A stretch of DNA of 50,011 bases from the NCBI GenBank assembly GCA_041748215.1, contig JBGTDR010000212.1:1-50011 (forward strand), given 5' to 3'. The notes beneath the pieces are model-generated. The model had not been told where the DNA came from. It was given only the letters and a program-made list of their open reading frames with translations, and did no database searches. Below are positions 20,428 through 29,881 of the stretch, piece by piece. This stretch comes from Chthoniobacterales bacterium. GTDB taxonomy: Bacteria; Verrucomicrobiota; Verrucomicrobiia; Chthoniobacterales; JAATET01. Positions within the stretch are counted from its first letter, which is position 1. Every line of letters begins with the position of its first letter. The position numbers were made by a program, and so were the translations under genes.

Positions 20428-21861
20428 ATGACGGAAATCAGCCAACCACGCGCCGGTCGCTACCGGCACACGAAAATCATCGCCACGATCGGTCCTGCGA
20501 CCGAGAGCGACGAGCAGCTCGAACGTCTCATCCGCAGTGGGGTGGACATTATCCGTTTGAACATGGCACACGCCTCCCACGAGTGGGTGTCCAGCCTCGT
20601 TCAGCGAATCCGTGCCGTGTCAGATCGTGTCCAGCGTCATGTCGCGATCATGATGGACGTTAAAGGTCCGGAAATCCGCACGGGCCGGGTCGAACGCGAC
20701 ATCGAGCTCGAACCGGGCGAAACGTTCGAATTTTACACCGACACACCCACGGGTGACGTGCGCGCCGTCGACGTCAATTACAAGGGCCTCCCCGGTGATG
20801 TGAAGATCGGCGATACCATACTCGTCGACAGTGGTTTGATCCGGCTCGAGGTGCTCGAGACCCAGGAGACCCGCGTTCGTTGCCGGGTCCTCATCCCGGG
20901 CACCCTCGGATCGAAGCGGCACATTAATCTGCCCGGCGTGATGGTGAATCTCCCCTCGCTCACTGACAAAGACCGGGGTGACCTCGAAGTCGGCGCCCGG
21001 CTCGGCATGGACTTCGTCGCATTGTCCTTCGTGCGTGAAGCTGAGGACGTCCGCGTGCTCCGACGATTTCTCGACAGCGTCAATTCGCGCGCCCGCATCG
21101 TGGCGAAGATCGAGGACCAGACCGGCGTCAAAAATTTGAAGGACATCGTCCGTGCCTCGGATGGTGTGATGGTGGCCCGCGGGGACCTCGGCATCGAGAT
21201 CGATTACCACATTCTGCCCCTCGTCCAGACCCAGATCGTCGAGGAATGCCAGGCCGATGGCAAACCGGTCATCATCGCGACGCATCTGCTTGAATCGATG
21301 ATTTTTACCCCCATGCCGACGCGCGCGGAGATCAGCGACGTGTCGACCGCGGTTCGGGAAATGGCCGACGCCATCATGCTTTCCGGTGAGACCACCACGG
21401 GGAAATATCCGCTCGAGTGCGTGCAAGTGCTCAAAAATATCATCGGCAGCATCGAGCCGACGGTGAATCGCAAAATCAACGAGCGCATCGTCCTCCGCGA
21501 ACCGAAAGCGATGATGTTGCGCTCTGCAACCGTGCTGGCTCAGGAATTGGGGAATTCCGGGATCATCGTTTTCACGCGCAGTGGATTTCTCGGCTACGTG
21601 CTCGGAGCATTGCGACCTCAGGGCGTGCCCATTTTTGCGTTCACCGACGTGGAGGAGATTTTCCGCCAAATGCTGCTGCCTTGGGGCGTCGAGCCGTTTT
21701 ACATGCCCTTCGACGAAGATCCAGAAGTGACGATCATGAATGCCATGGCGCGGCTGAAACAGCGCGGCTGGTGCGAGACGGGACGATGGCTGGTCGTGAT
21801 CACCAACGCCCTCGCTCACGAACGGGTGATCGACACGCTGCAGCTCCGGCAGGTCGAATAA
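20428..21861 (+). CDS. pyk: Pyruvate kinase
   Basis: ATG at 20428 gives MTEISQPRAGRYRHTKIIATIGPATE...RLNMAHASHEW, then MVARGDLGIEI and the C-terminal allosteric domain. 477 aa. The upstream ORF extension is discarded. Confidence 0.9.
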   Translation: MTEISQPRAGRYRHTKIIATIGPATESDEQLERLIRSGVDIIRLNMAHASHEWVSSLVQRIRAVSDRVQRHVAIMMDVKGPEIRTGRVERDIELEPGETFEFYTDTPTGDVRAVDVNYKGLPGDVKIGDTILVDSGLIRLEVLETQETRVRCRVLIPGTLGSKRHINLPGVMVNLPSLTDKDRGDLEVGARLGMDFVALSFVREAEDVRVLRRFLDSVNSRARIVAKIEDQTGVKNLKDIVRASDGVMVARGDLGIEIDYHILPLVQTQIVEECQADGKPVIIATHLLESMIFTPMPTRAEISDVSTAVREMADAIMLSGETTTGKYPLECVQVLKNIIGSIEPTVNRKINERIVLREPKAMMLRSATVLAQELGNSGIIVFTRSGFLGYVLGALRPQGVPIFAFTDVEEIFRQMLLPWGVEPFYMPFDEDPEVTIMNAMARLKQRGWCETGRWLVVITNALAHERVIDTLQLRQVE

Positions 21862-21982
21862 GCTGACCGGACAGCCGCAGGGAAACCCGGACTCATCACG
21901 CGTCTGCCGCAGATTGACCGGCGGACGCGATCACAACTGGCGGGGCGATAGATGACCCGGTCCCAGATCGGAAACGATGCAC

Positions 21983-22366
21983 TCAGCCTTGCAGCGAGTC
22001 GCTTTTGGCGAGGACTGCGGCGAGCTTGTCGTCGAGTTCCTTGGACAGCGACGTCTTGAGCACCTTGCCTTCGAATCGATCGAGATGTTCGAGCACCTTG
22101 TCCGTCGTCGCTTTGCGCACGAGGACAAACAGCACGGCCTTGCCCTCGTCGAGATTGGCGCTGAGCTCCTTCATCATTTCGTCGTTGATCCCGAAATCAG
22201 CCATGGAGCCGGAGATCGCACCAAACCCGGCGCCAAAAACCCCCGCGATGATTGGCAGCAGCGGGCCGCCAAAAGGGATGGAAAAGATCAGGCCGATCAA
22301 CAGTCCCCAGAAGCCGCCCGACCACGCGCCGGCTGCGGCGAGGTTGACGGTCTGATCGAGCTTCAC
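21983..22366 (-). CDS. DUF1269-like small membrane protein (Gly-rich TM segments plus soluble C-terminal domain)
   Basis: 127 aa (GAWSGGFWGLLIGLIFSIPFGGPLLPIIAGVFGAGFGAISG...KAVLFVLV). Last gene of the minus-strand phosphorelay operon, 15 nt after the preceding gene. Confidence 0.5.
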   Translation of the reverse strand: MKLDQTVNLAAAGAWSGGFWGLLIGLIFSIPFGGPLLPIIAGVFGAGFGAISGSMADFGINDEMMKELSANLDEGKAVLFVLVRKATTDKVLEHLDRFEGKVLKTSLSKELDDKLAAVLAKSDSLQG

Positions 22367-22381
22367 GTTGGCCCGGGCTGC

Positions 22382-23494
22382 TCAGACCGGGACGATGCGC
22401 TTGACCGGGATCGACGCCATAAATTCCAGCTCGCCCGCGGAGTCGAACGCGCATTGGACGGCAGCCGAAGCGTATTCGGCGACTTTCCGGCAAGTAGCGA
22501 GCTCGAGGCCGAGGCTCGTGCGATAGCCGGAGTGGTCGTTGATGGAAAATTGGTACGGCTCGAAAAGCTGCTCGAGGTCGTTTTTGCGCAGCAGGTTCAT
22601 GTGAATGCCGGTCTGCGTGACGTGAAGCTGCAACGCGCTGCCGCCGGCATTATCCTCGAGCGAAATGGTCACGCGCACATATTTCGATTGGTGTGACGCC
22701 ATTGTCGCGAGCTTGCGCGTGATCATGAGCACGGAGCCAGCCGGGCCGATCAATTGCGCGCCGAGCGCTTCGTCTCCCTCCAATTCGACCGCGACGTGTT
22801 TGTCCTGAAATGCTTCGATCATCGGCTGGAGCAAGGATTCGAGCGCGAATTCCTTTTCGAGGCCGGCTGATGCGACGTGCGCCGCACCGATGTAGTCGAC
22901 AATTTCCATCAGGATGTCGTGCAGATGCATGCCCGAATCTTTGATGTCCTGCGCCCACGACGCGTGTTCCGGATGTTCGAGCGTTTGTGAAAGGAGCTCC
23001 GAAAATCCGAGGATGATGTTGAGCGGGGTATTGAACTCGTGGCAGAGCAGCGAAAAGAAATTGTCGTGCACGCTCATGAGCCGCTGGCGCATCTCGGTTT
23101 CACGCAGCGTTTGCTGTTCGTAGACATCGAACCCGTCGGCGACGATTTTGCGCAGTCGCGAAGTTTCAAAGGGCTTGGTGAGATAATTAAATGCCCCATG
23201 ATTGAGCGCCGAGATCGCGCTCTCCATGCTTTCGTAAGCTGTCAGGATAATGACGTTTTGCTGATCCCGAATCTTCTTGAGCCGTTTCAGCGTCTCGATG
23301 CCCGAGATGCCCTCCATGCGGAGGTCCAGAATGACCACCGGAAACGCTTCGCGACGTGAAACTTCGATGGCTTCTTCTCCCGAGGAAACGGCGGTCACTT
23401 CGTAGTTGTCCCGCAGACACATGCTGAGGGTCTGCCGGAGCAGCGGTTCGTCATCGACAACGAGGACTTTGCGGGGCGCGGCTTCGGCAATCAT
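22382..23494 (-). CDS. Response regulator-histidine kinase fusion (REC + HisKA + degenerate HATPase)
   Basis: REC: VLVVDDEPLLRQ...VILDLRMEG...ILTAYES...KPF. HisKA H-box: SLLCHEFNTPLNIILGFSELL. C-terminal ATPase-like region lacks clear N/G boxes. Confidence 0.75.
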   Translation of the reverse strand: MIAEAAPRKVLVVDDEPLLRQTLSMCLRDNYEVTAVSSGEEAIEVSRREAFPVVILDLRMEGISGIETLKRLKKIRDQQNVIILTAYESMESAISALNHGAFNYLTKPFETSRLRKIVADGFDVYEQQTLRETEMRQRLMSVHDNFFSLLCHEFNTPLNIILGFSELLSQTLEHPEHASWAQDIKDSGMHLHDILMEIVDYIGAAHVASAGLEKEFALESLLQPMIEAFQDKHVAVELEGDEALGAQLIGPAGSVLMITRKLATMASHQSKYVRVTISLEDNAGGSALQLHVTQTGIHMNLLRKNDLEQLFEPYQFSINDHSGYRTSLGLELATCRKVAEYASAAVQCAFDSAGELEFMASIPVKRIVPV

Positions 23495-23497
23495 TGT

Positions 23498-24700
23498 TCA
23501 ACAAAGGGTGCGCGCGCCGCGTCGCGGTTTGCGCAGAGTAAGGGGGTCTGCCCCGAGCACTTCGTGAGGCTCACACGGCAGAAAGAACGAAAAACAAAGG
23601 CCTTTGTCATCCTTTACTTTTGCAGTGAGCGAGCCGCCGTGGTGGCGAACGATGAAATAGCAGGAGACGAGGAAGATGCCGAATTCCCGGGGATTGGCAC
23701 CGCGGAGGTTAAACGGATGCAGCAAACTCTCCGGCGACATTTGCGGAGAAATCGGCACCGAGTCTTCAAAATCGATGCGCACTCCGATGGTTTCGCCGTC
23801 GGCCTCCTGCTTGCTGAATCGAATACGCACCGTGCTGTTCGCCGGTAACGAGACGATCTCCTCCGCGATCATGAAACGGAACAATTTCGCAATTTGGTCC
23901 GGCGATCCGGCGATGTTCGGAATCGGGGATTCGGAAATGGTTTCGATCCGGAGCTGCTTCTGATTCCGGATGATGGCGGTGTCGGCCAGCGCCTGATCCA
24001 GCATGGTTTCGAGATTCATCGGACGCAGTTCGCGCTGCGCCGGGGGCACGCTGGCTTGCTCGAGGTCCTTGAGCGTGCGCGCGACGTCGTAGATGTGATC
24101 CCGCACGCTTTTCAGAAAATCCACGGAATAACTGGCGCCGCCGAGATTGCGGTCGAGCAGGTCGTCAACGAGGAACGTCAGCGGGCAAAGCGCGTTGTGA
24201 ATGTAATGGCCGATCTTGGCCGAGATGAGCCCGACATCGTACGCGCGATCTTCCAGCAGGCGTGCCTTAAGTTCGACGATCTTTTGTTCAAAAATCCGGG
24301 CGTCCTGAAGTTGGGTCTGGTGATGATCGAGGGCGCTCTCCAGCGTCTGGCCGAGGTTGTCGAGTTCCCAAGGTTTCGAAACGAATGAATAAACCGCTCC
24401 GGTGTTGATCGCTTCGACCAGAATATCGAGCTCCGAATAAGCGGTGGTCAGGATGCGCACCGTTTGCGGAAATTTGCGCCGGACGGTCTTGAGCAGCTCG
24501 ACTCCGCTCGATTCGGGCATGCGTTGATCGGTCACGATCACGCCGATTTCGTTGCCGTGCACGGCCAGAATGTCGAGCGCCTCGCTTGGCGATACCGCCG
24601 CGTAAATCGTGAAGCGATCTCCGAATGCCCGCGCGAAATACTTCAGGGCCATGGCTTCGTCGTCCACCAGCAGCACGCCTTTTTTGTTCATCGCGTTCAT
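23498..24700 (-). CDS. Response regulator with degenerate histidine-kinase-like output domain
   Basis: REC: VLLVDDEAMALK...VIVTDQRMP...ILTTAYSE...KPW. Then a divergent H-box-like GHYIHNALCPL and an ATPase-like tail. Confidence 0.7.
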   Translation of the reverse strand: MNAMNKKGVLLVDDEAMALKYFARAFGDRFTIYAAVSPSEALDILAVHGNEIGVIVTDQRMPESSGVELLKTVRRKFPQTVRILTTAYSELDILVEAINTGAVYSFVSKPWELDNLGQTLESALDHHQTQLQDARIFEQKIVELKARLLEDRAYDVGLISAKIGHYIHNALCPLTFLVDDLLDRNLGGASYSVDFLKSVRDHIYDVARTLKDLEQASVPPAQRELRPMNLETMLDQALADTAIIRNQKQLRIETISESPIPNIAGSPDQIAKLFRFMIAEEIVSLPANSTVRIRFSKQEADGETIGVRIDFEDSVPISPQMSPESLLHPFNLRGANPREFGIFLVSCYFIVRHHGGSLTAKVKDDKGLCFSFFLPCEPHEVLGADPLTLRKPRRGARTLC

Positions 24701-24744
24701 GATTCGTGTGCGTGTTTTCCCTCTTCGCCCCGGATTGTCAAAAA

Positions 24745-25827
24745 TCAGCGCCTCAGGATGTCCCAGCTGGAAAATTTCTCGTAGAGGCCCGCGATCGCTT
24801 CGTCTGGAGAGTCGGGGGTTTCCGCCGACGGCGCAAAAACAAACTCACGGGGCTCGGCGTCCGGCACGGCGAGCGTCAGGATCACCCGGCCTTGCGCGAG
24901 CGCGGCGGTGGCCACGGCGGCAAATAATTCGAGCGAGACATCGGACGTGTCGCGCTCCAGGAGCAATCCGAAAAGCGTTTTTTCGCACGCGGCGACTTTT
25001 GCCGCCGGTGGGCGGAGCGTGACCTGCAACGACCAGTTGGGATCGTTCGACACGGAAACGTCGATGTCTTCGGCCGTGAGATAATCCATGGTCGCGAGCG
25101 CAGCCGAAAGCGATGCCGTCTCAAACCCGGCGGCAGACTCCGGCAGGCGCGCGTCCAGAATGTCGAGACAGCGAGTGGCGTTGCGGTATTCGTCCCGAAT
25201 GAGTGATCCGATCTCGAAATGTCGATGACTGAAACCGTCAATCCCCTCGATCACCGGGTTGAGAGAATCCGGCAGCGCCGCGATGAAGGCCGGCAGTGCG
25301 CGGCGAAACGCGGATTGCCGCTCCGCACTCCAGCCGCGGCTGGCGAGCATCAGCAACTTGAGCCGGTCGCTGCAGATGATGCGCTGCAGAGTCGTCATCT
25401 TGAGCGCCAGGAGCTGGTCGCGCTCCATCATCACGTGGAAATAATCCGCGGCCCTCTGCAGGACCATGCCGAGCTCGGGGATCTCCCATGGCTTCACCAC
25501 ATATTGATAAATGTGGCCCTTGTTGACGGCCAGGATGGCACTTTCGAGATCGGAGTAGGCCGTCGTGAGAATGCGCACGATCTTGGGAAATGCTTCGCGC
25601 GCGGCCGCCAGCACCTCGGAGCCTTCCATGTTGGGCATGCGCTGATCCGTCAGCACGATGGCAATGTTTTTGGATTCCTGCTGAAGGACTTCGAGGCCGG
25701 CTTCCCCGGACGATGCGGTAAAAATGTTGAACTTTGATCCGTAGGCTCGGCGAAAATACTTCAGCGCCATCTCTTCATCGTCGATGTAGAGGATCCCGGA
25801 TTTGGGCGTTTCGTCGTTGGTCAGCAT
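24745..25827 (-). CDS. Response regulator (REC domain) with ~230-aa C-terminal domain of unknown function
   Basis: ATG at 25827 (MLTNDETPKSGILYIDDEEMALKYF...LTDQRMPNMEG...ILTTAYSD...KPWE). Its start overlaps the upstream kinase stop by 7 nt (ATGCTGA). The ORF-track N-terminal extension is discarded. Confidence 0.7.
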   Translation of the reverse strand: MLTNDETPKSGILYIDDEEMALKYFRRAYGSKFNIFTASSGEAGLEVLQQESKNIAIVLTDQRMPNMEGSEVLAAAREAFPKIVRILTTAYSDLESAILAVNKGHIYQYVVKPWEIPELGMVLQRAADYFHVMMERDQLLALKMTTLQRIICSDRLKLLMLASRGWSAERQSAFRRALPAFIAALPDSLNPVIEGIDGFSHRHFEIGSLIRDEYRNATRCLDILDARLPESAAGFETASLSAALATMDYLTAEDIDVSVSNDPNWSLQVTLRPPAAKVAACEKTLFGLLLERDTSDVSLELFAAVATAALAQGRVILTLAVPDAEPREFVFAPSAETPDSPDEAIAGLYEKFSSWDILRR

Positions 25828-28448
25828 AGTTTGAGTGCCTCTTCGGCCAATGGAAGGTTGATGGTGAAAATTGCTCCGCCTTCGGGCCGGTTCGCCACCC
25901 TCATCGACCCTTGGTGCGATTCCACGATGGTATGACAGATGCTCAATCCCATGCCCATCCCGGAACCGACTTCGCGCGTAGTAAAAAATGGTTCGAAGAC
26001 GCGATTGAGAATGTCTTCGGGGATGCCCGGTCCATTGTCCCAAACTTCGATCGTGACGCGGTCGTCCGCTTCGGCGGTCGCCCGCACGGTGATCGTTTTG
26101 ATGCCGTTGGATGCGTGCGCGGCCAGCGCCTTGCCCGCATTGCTGAGCAGATTGATGAACAAGTGGGTGAGCTGGGTGCGCTGCCCACGGACCACGAGTG
26201 ATGGCGGCAGGTCGACGTCGAGCCGCACGTCTTCGATTTCTTTGCCAATAATTTTCCGCGCTGCCTGAAATACCTCCTCGAGTCGGAAGACCGTTTCGCT
26301 CCCGGGTTTTTCGGGATACGCGAAGTGTTTCAGATCGGTGATCACGTCGCGAATCCGCACCATCCCCTCCTCGATGTCCGCGATGATTTCCATCATCTCC
26401 GGGCCGAGCGAGTCCTTGAACTGTTTGGCAAAACTGATCGCCGTGAGTGTGTAATTGAGCGGGTTGTTGATTTCGTGAAGCAGTCCGGCCGAGAGCGAAC
26501 CGATGGCATTCATCTTCTCGCTCTGGATGAGCATGGTCTCGGTGCGCTGGAGTTTTTCCAGCGTCTCACGGAGTTCGGTGTTGCGCGTGCGAAGATCGCG
26601 CTGGAGGCGGGCGGCGCGCAGAAGGTTCGCGGCGCGCGTTTTCACCTCGATGCTACTGAAGGGTTTGGTGAGGAAATCGTCGGCGCCGGATTGCAGGGCG
26701 TCGATCTTGGATTTTTCGTCGATGCGGGCCGTTAGCAGGATGATTTTGAGATCGCGATTGGAATCGTCGGATCGCAGTTCCCGGCAGACGGACAGACCGT
26801 CCTTTCCGGGCATCATCCAGTCGAGCAGCACGAGCTCGGGTTCGTGCTCTGCGACGAGATCGGAGACGTTGTCGCCGCGTGGTGTCTGGACGATGCGGTA
26901 GTCCTCGGAAAGCAACGACACGATGTATCGGCGCATGTCGTTTTCGTCGTCGGCGACCAGCACGACATTTTCGCCACTGCCGACCATTGGGAGTTCGGTG
27001 TCCGTGCCTTCCGTGTGGCTCCAGCTGCGATCGGCGGAGCGAAACGCCTTCTCGAATGGCTCTTCGGCGCTCGCGAACTCGGGGTCCTGATCAACGGTGA
27101 TCTGGGGGAGCTCCTCGGTGGCCACGCCCGCGGGAAGGCGGATCCGAAACGTGGTTCCCTTGCCGACCACACTTTCAACTTCCAGCGTGCCGCCGTGCTG
27201 TTCGACAAGTTCCTTGGCGAGAGCGAGACCGATGCCGACGCCCTGGTTCTGGTTCGACGCGTTGCTGCGCACCTGGTGAAATCGATCGAAAACCTTGCCA
27301 AGATCCTCTGGCGGAATTCCCACGCCGGTGTCGCTCACCTCGATCGCAGCTCCTTCGGCGTCGCCATTCCATCGCACCGTGATCGCACCACCGGCCGGGG
27401 TGTATTTGATGGCGTTGGTCAAGAGATTGATCAGCACCTTTTCGAGCCGTCCGGAGTCCGCGATCACGGCCACACCGGCATCGCCATCTTCGACGCGCAT
27501 CCGGAGTTGTTTCGAAAGCCCGAGGTGGCGCACGGATTCGACCACACCCTTCACGAAGATTCCCAGCTCGATCGGTTTTTTGCGTAGAATGTCCACGCCT
27601 TGATCCAGGCGGGTCAAATCGAGGAGATCGTTGATCAATTTCAGCAACCGGAGCGTGTTGCGGTGGATCAGAATCAGGCTGTCGTGAACCCGGCCCTCCA
27701 GCAGATCACTGCGACTGAGCAGCGTTTCGACCGGGCCGAGGATAAGAGTGAGCGGTGTGCGCAGTTCGTGGCTGACGTTTGAGAAGAACTGGGTCTTCAA
27801 CCGGTCCATGTCCTGCAGCTTCTGGTTCTGCACGTCGAGCTGGTGGCGCAGGCGGAAATCCTCAAACCGCCCGCGCGTGAGGAAATACGTCGACGTCACG
27901 CAGATGACTGTTGTGAGGATGATGAAAAACAGGTTGCTCGCGAAGATGGAGAGTGAATCCGGTGTCCCAAATCCCGGATGTGCAAAACAGGCGATAAAGT
28001 AGGCAGCGAGTGAGGCCGCGCAGACGAGAGCGGTTTCCCAAAACGTCCACGGCAGCAACGTTGCCATGATCAGAAAGACCGTGTTGAGGCCTGCGTAATA
28101 CGGGGATTTGGCTCCCTCGGTCAGGAAAATCATCAGGCACATCGAGAAATTCACGACCAGCGCCGAAAGCACCCCCAAGACCTTTACGGAGAACAGATTG
28201 CACCGGTCCTTCCCGAAGACCAGCGTCAGCACGAACGCCAGCAGGATCAGATCAACGCCGAGGCGAATTGCGAGAAAGTCGAGGACTCGATCGGGATAGA
28301 CGAAAAATTCCAGCAAACTTCCCAACGGGAAAAAGACCAGGCAGACGAGGTCGGCAACCGTGAGGTAGCGGATGCGCAGCTTGCGGTCGAACTCCCGATA
28401 CGCAGCGTCGAGCTCGCCTTCAGCCGCGATTGCCGTGGCTGTGCTCAT
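25821..28448 (-). CDS. Hybrid sensor histidine kinase with two kinase modules: polytopic N-terminal sensor, HisKA-HATPase, REC, second HisKA(HEINNPL-type)-HATPase
   Basis: 6-7 TM helices. First H-box NVSHELRTPLTL with HATPase (LTNAIKYTP...DTGVGIP...GVGIGLALAKE). REC: VLVADDENDMR...LLDWMMPGKDG...KPF. Second H-box GLLHEINNPLNY with HATPase (NLLSNAGKA...DNGPGIP...GMGMGLSICH). 875 aa. Confidence 0.85.
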   Translation of the reverse strand: MSTATAIAAEGELDAAYREFDRKLRIRYLTVADLVCLVFFPLGSLLEFFVYPDRVLDFLAIRLGVDLILLAFVLTLVFGKDRCNLFSVKVLGVLSALVVNFSMCLMIFLTEGAKSPYYAGLNTVFLIMATLLPWTFWETALVCAASLAAYFIACFAHPGFGTPDSLSIFASNLFFIILTTVICVTSTYFLTRGRFEDFRLRHQLDVQNQKLQDMDRLKTQFFSNVSHELRTPLTLILGPVETLLSRSDLLEGRVHDSLILIHRNTLRLLKLINDLLDLTRLDQGVDILRKKPIELGIFVKGVVESVRHLGLSKQLRMRVEDGDAGVAVIADSGRLEKVLINLLTNAIKYTPAGGAITVRWNGDAEGAAIEVSDTGVGIPPEDLGKVFDRFHQVRSNASNQNQGVGIGLALAKELVEQHGGTLEVESVVGKGTTFRIRLPAGVATEELPQITVDQDPEFASAEEPFEKAFRSADRSWSHTEGTDTELPMVGSGENVVLVADDENDMRRYIVSLLSEDYRIVQTPRGDNVSDLVAEHEPELVLLDWMMPGKDGLSVCRELRSDDSNRDLKIILLTARIDEKSKIDALQSGADDFLTKPFSSIEVKTRAANLLRAARLQRDLRTRNTELRETLEKLQRTETMLIQSEKMNAIGSLSAGLLHEINNPLNYTLTAISFAKQFKDSLGPEMMEIIADIEEGMVRIRDVITDLKHFAYPEKPGSETVFRLEEVFQAARKIIGKEIEDVRLDVDLPPSLVVRGQRTQLTHLFINLLSNAGKALAAHASNGIKTITVRATAEADDRVTIEVWDNGPGIPEDILNRVFEPFFTTREVGSGMGMGLSICHTIVESHQGSMRVANRPEGGAIFTINLPLAEEALKLC

Positions 28449-29842
28449 GCAGGTTTCCGGAAATTCAGAAACACGTTGACGCCGGTTTCATCCGCAAAAA
28501 TTTCGGGATCGGTTCCCTTGGGAGCCAGCGTCGCCATGTGGGCCTCGTCACGATAAATGAGATACCACTCGAGCAGATGCTCGATGCTGTAGCGTTCGGG
28601 ATTGTTCGGGTGGACGTTTGTGGTGACGAGATAGCCACCCGGCCGCACCCAACGGTAATACAGCTGGATTAGGTTGCGGCAGACGTTGTCCGGGAAATAG
28701 TCGAACAGACCCGCGCAATAAATCATGTCGTAAGTCGGCAGAAACCCGTCGGTCTCCTGATGCACGTCCTTGAGCAGCTCATCGATCGACTTTTGGATGA
28801 ACTTGATGACCGGTTTTCGCCCCGAGACTTCCATGGAGGCCGCAGTTCGCTCCTGGGCGTAGGCCAGCGTTTCTTTATTGAAGTCCATCAGATGGATCGC
28901 GCTCTGGCTGGACGAGTCGTGGTTTCGGATGAATCGTTGAATTTCGACCGCGGGTCCGCAGCCAATGGTGAGCACGGTGAAGATGCGTTGTTCGTCCGCA
29001 ACGCGCTCCGCTTCCGCGGAAATGAGCCGCTCCAGAATCACGATGCGATTGCGATGCGCGGCGGATGCGGCCATGTCCACCTGGAGATCATGGAAGATGC
29101 GGGCATAAGTGTTGTTACCAACGGACGGCGACTCCTTGAGCATCATGTTCACCATCTCGTAGTCGCCGGCGTAGCCGAGAGGTTTTGTGAAACACCGGTA
29201 TGCGAACGGCGCGCACAGCATGTAGGGGTGAATTTCCCGGCGCGCGAACGCCTTGTAAACCATCACCTCTTCCTGCGGCACGCGGGCGGCCTCACTTTCG
29301 AACATGGAAATCAGTGTCTGCAGTTTGCCCGCCATCGGCTGTTCGATCGACTCGCGGAACCGCGTCGCTTTCGTTTCGTCGGTATTGACGTTTCCGATGA
29401 TCGCGGTCTCGGCCTCTTCGATCCATCGGCTCGTCTCGGCAAGGAAATTGGCCATCTTGTTGACGGCGAGTTGATACGATTCGGAGAGATTGAGACCTTC
29501 CTCCCATTCGTGGATGAACCGCTCGAGTTCGCTGCCGAGCGCCGGGCCGGGCTCGAGGTGATCGAGATTATTCCACGAGTCGATCAGCGTAACGGAGACG
29601 ATCACCATCAATCCCGTAGTTACAATGCTGGTGACCACACCACGGCCGCGGTAAATGACGCGGTCGCCGCGCATGACGGTGAGTTCCTGAAGGACCTCGC
29701 TGAGCTGGACGAGCGAATAGGGATTGTAGACCTCGAAAACGGCGACGGATCGCGAGATGTGGACCAGGGTGCCGCGACCATTGATTCCCGACGTGTTCGT
29801 GAACGCGACGAGACTGTCTATTCCTGCAATTGCTTTTTCCAC
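28445..29842 (-). CDS. Class I SAM-dependent methyltransferase with N-terminal ~100-aa beta-rich (possibly PilZ-like) domain
   Basis: Motif I VLTIGCGPAVE. Post-I acidic LMDFN. Motif II/III region DMIYCAGLFDYF. The stop overlaps the hybrid kinase start by 4 nt. Confidence 0.65.
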   Translation of the reverse strand: MEKAIAGIDSLVAFTNTSGINGRGTLVHISRSVAVFEVYNPYSLVQLSEVLQELTVMRGDRVIYRGRGVVTSIVTTGLMVIVSVTLIDSWNNLDHLEPGPALGSELERFIHEWEEGLNLSESYQLAVNKMANFLAETSRWIEEAETAIIGNVNTDETKATRFRESIEQPMAGKLQTLISMFESEAARVPQEEVMVYKAFARREIHPYMLCAPFAYRCFTKPLGYAGDYEMVNMMLKESPSVGNNTYARIFHDLQVDMAASAAHRNRIVILERLISAEAERVADEQRIFTVLTIGCGPAVEIQRFIRNHDSSSQSAIHLMDFNKETLAYAQERTAASMEVSGRKPVIKFIQKSIDELLKDVHQETDGFLPTYDMIYCAGLFDYFPDNVCRNLIQLYYRWVRPGGYLVTTNVHPNNPERYSIEHLLEWYLIYRDEAHMATLAPKGTDPEIFADETGVNVFLNFRKPA

Positions 29843-29881
29843 GACTGAGTTCGGCTGATCGGAAGAGTGTTGAGCTTTCGG

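Noticed and set aside
21940-21985. Short hairpin agcga-g-tcgct followed by tttt after pyk
   Set aside because: Only a 5-bp stem, and it overlaps the stop of the convergent DUF1269 gene. Too weak to call a terminator.
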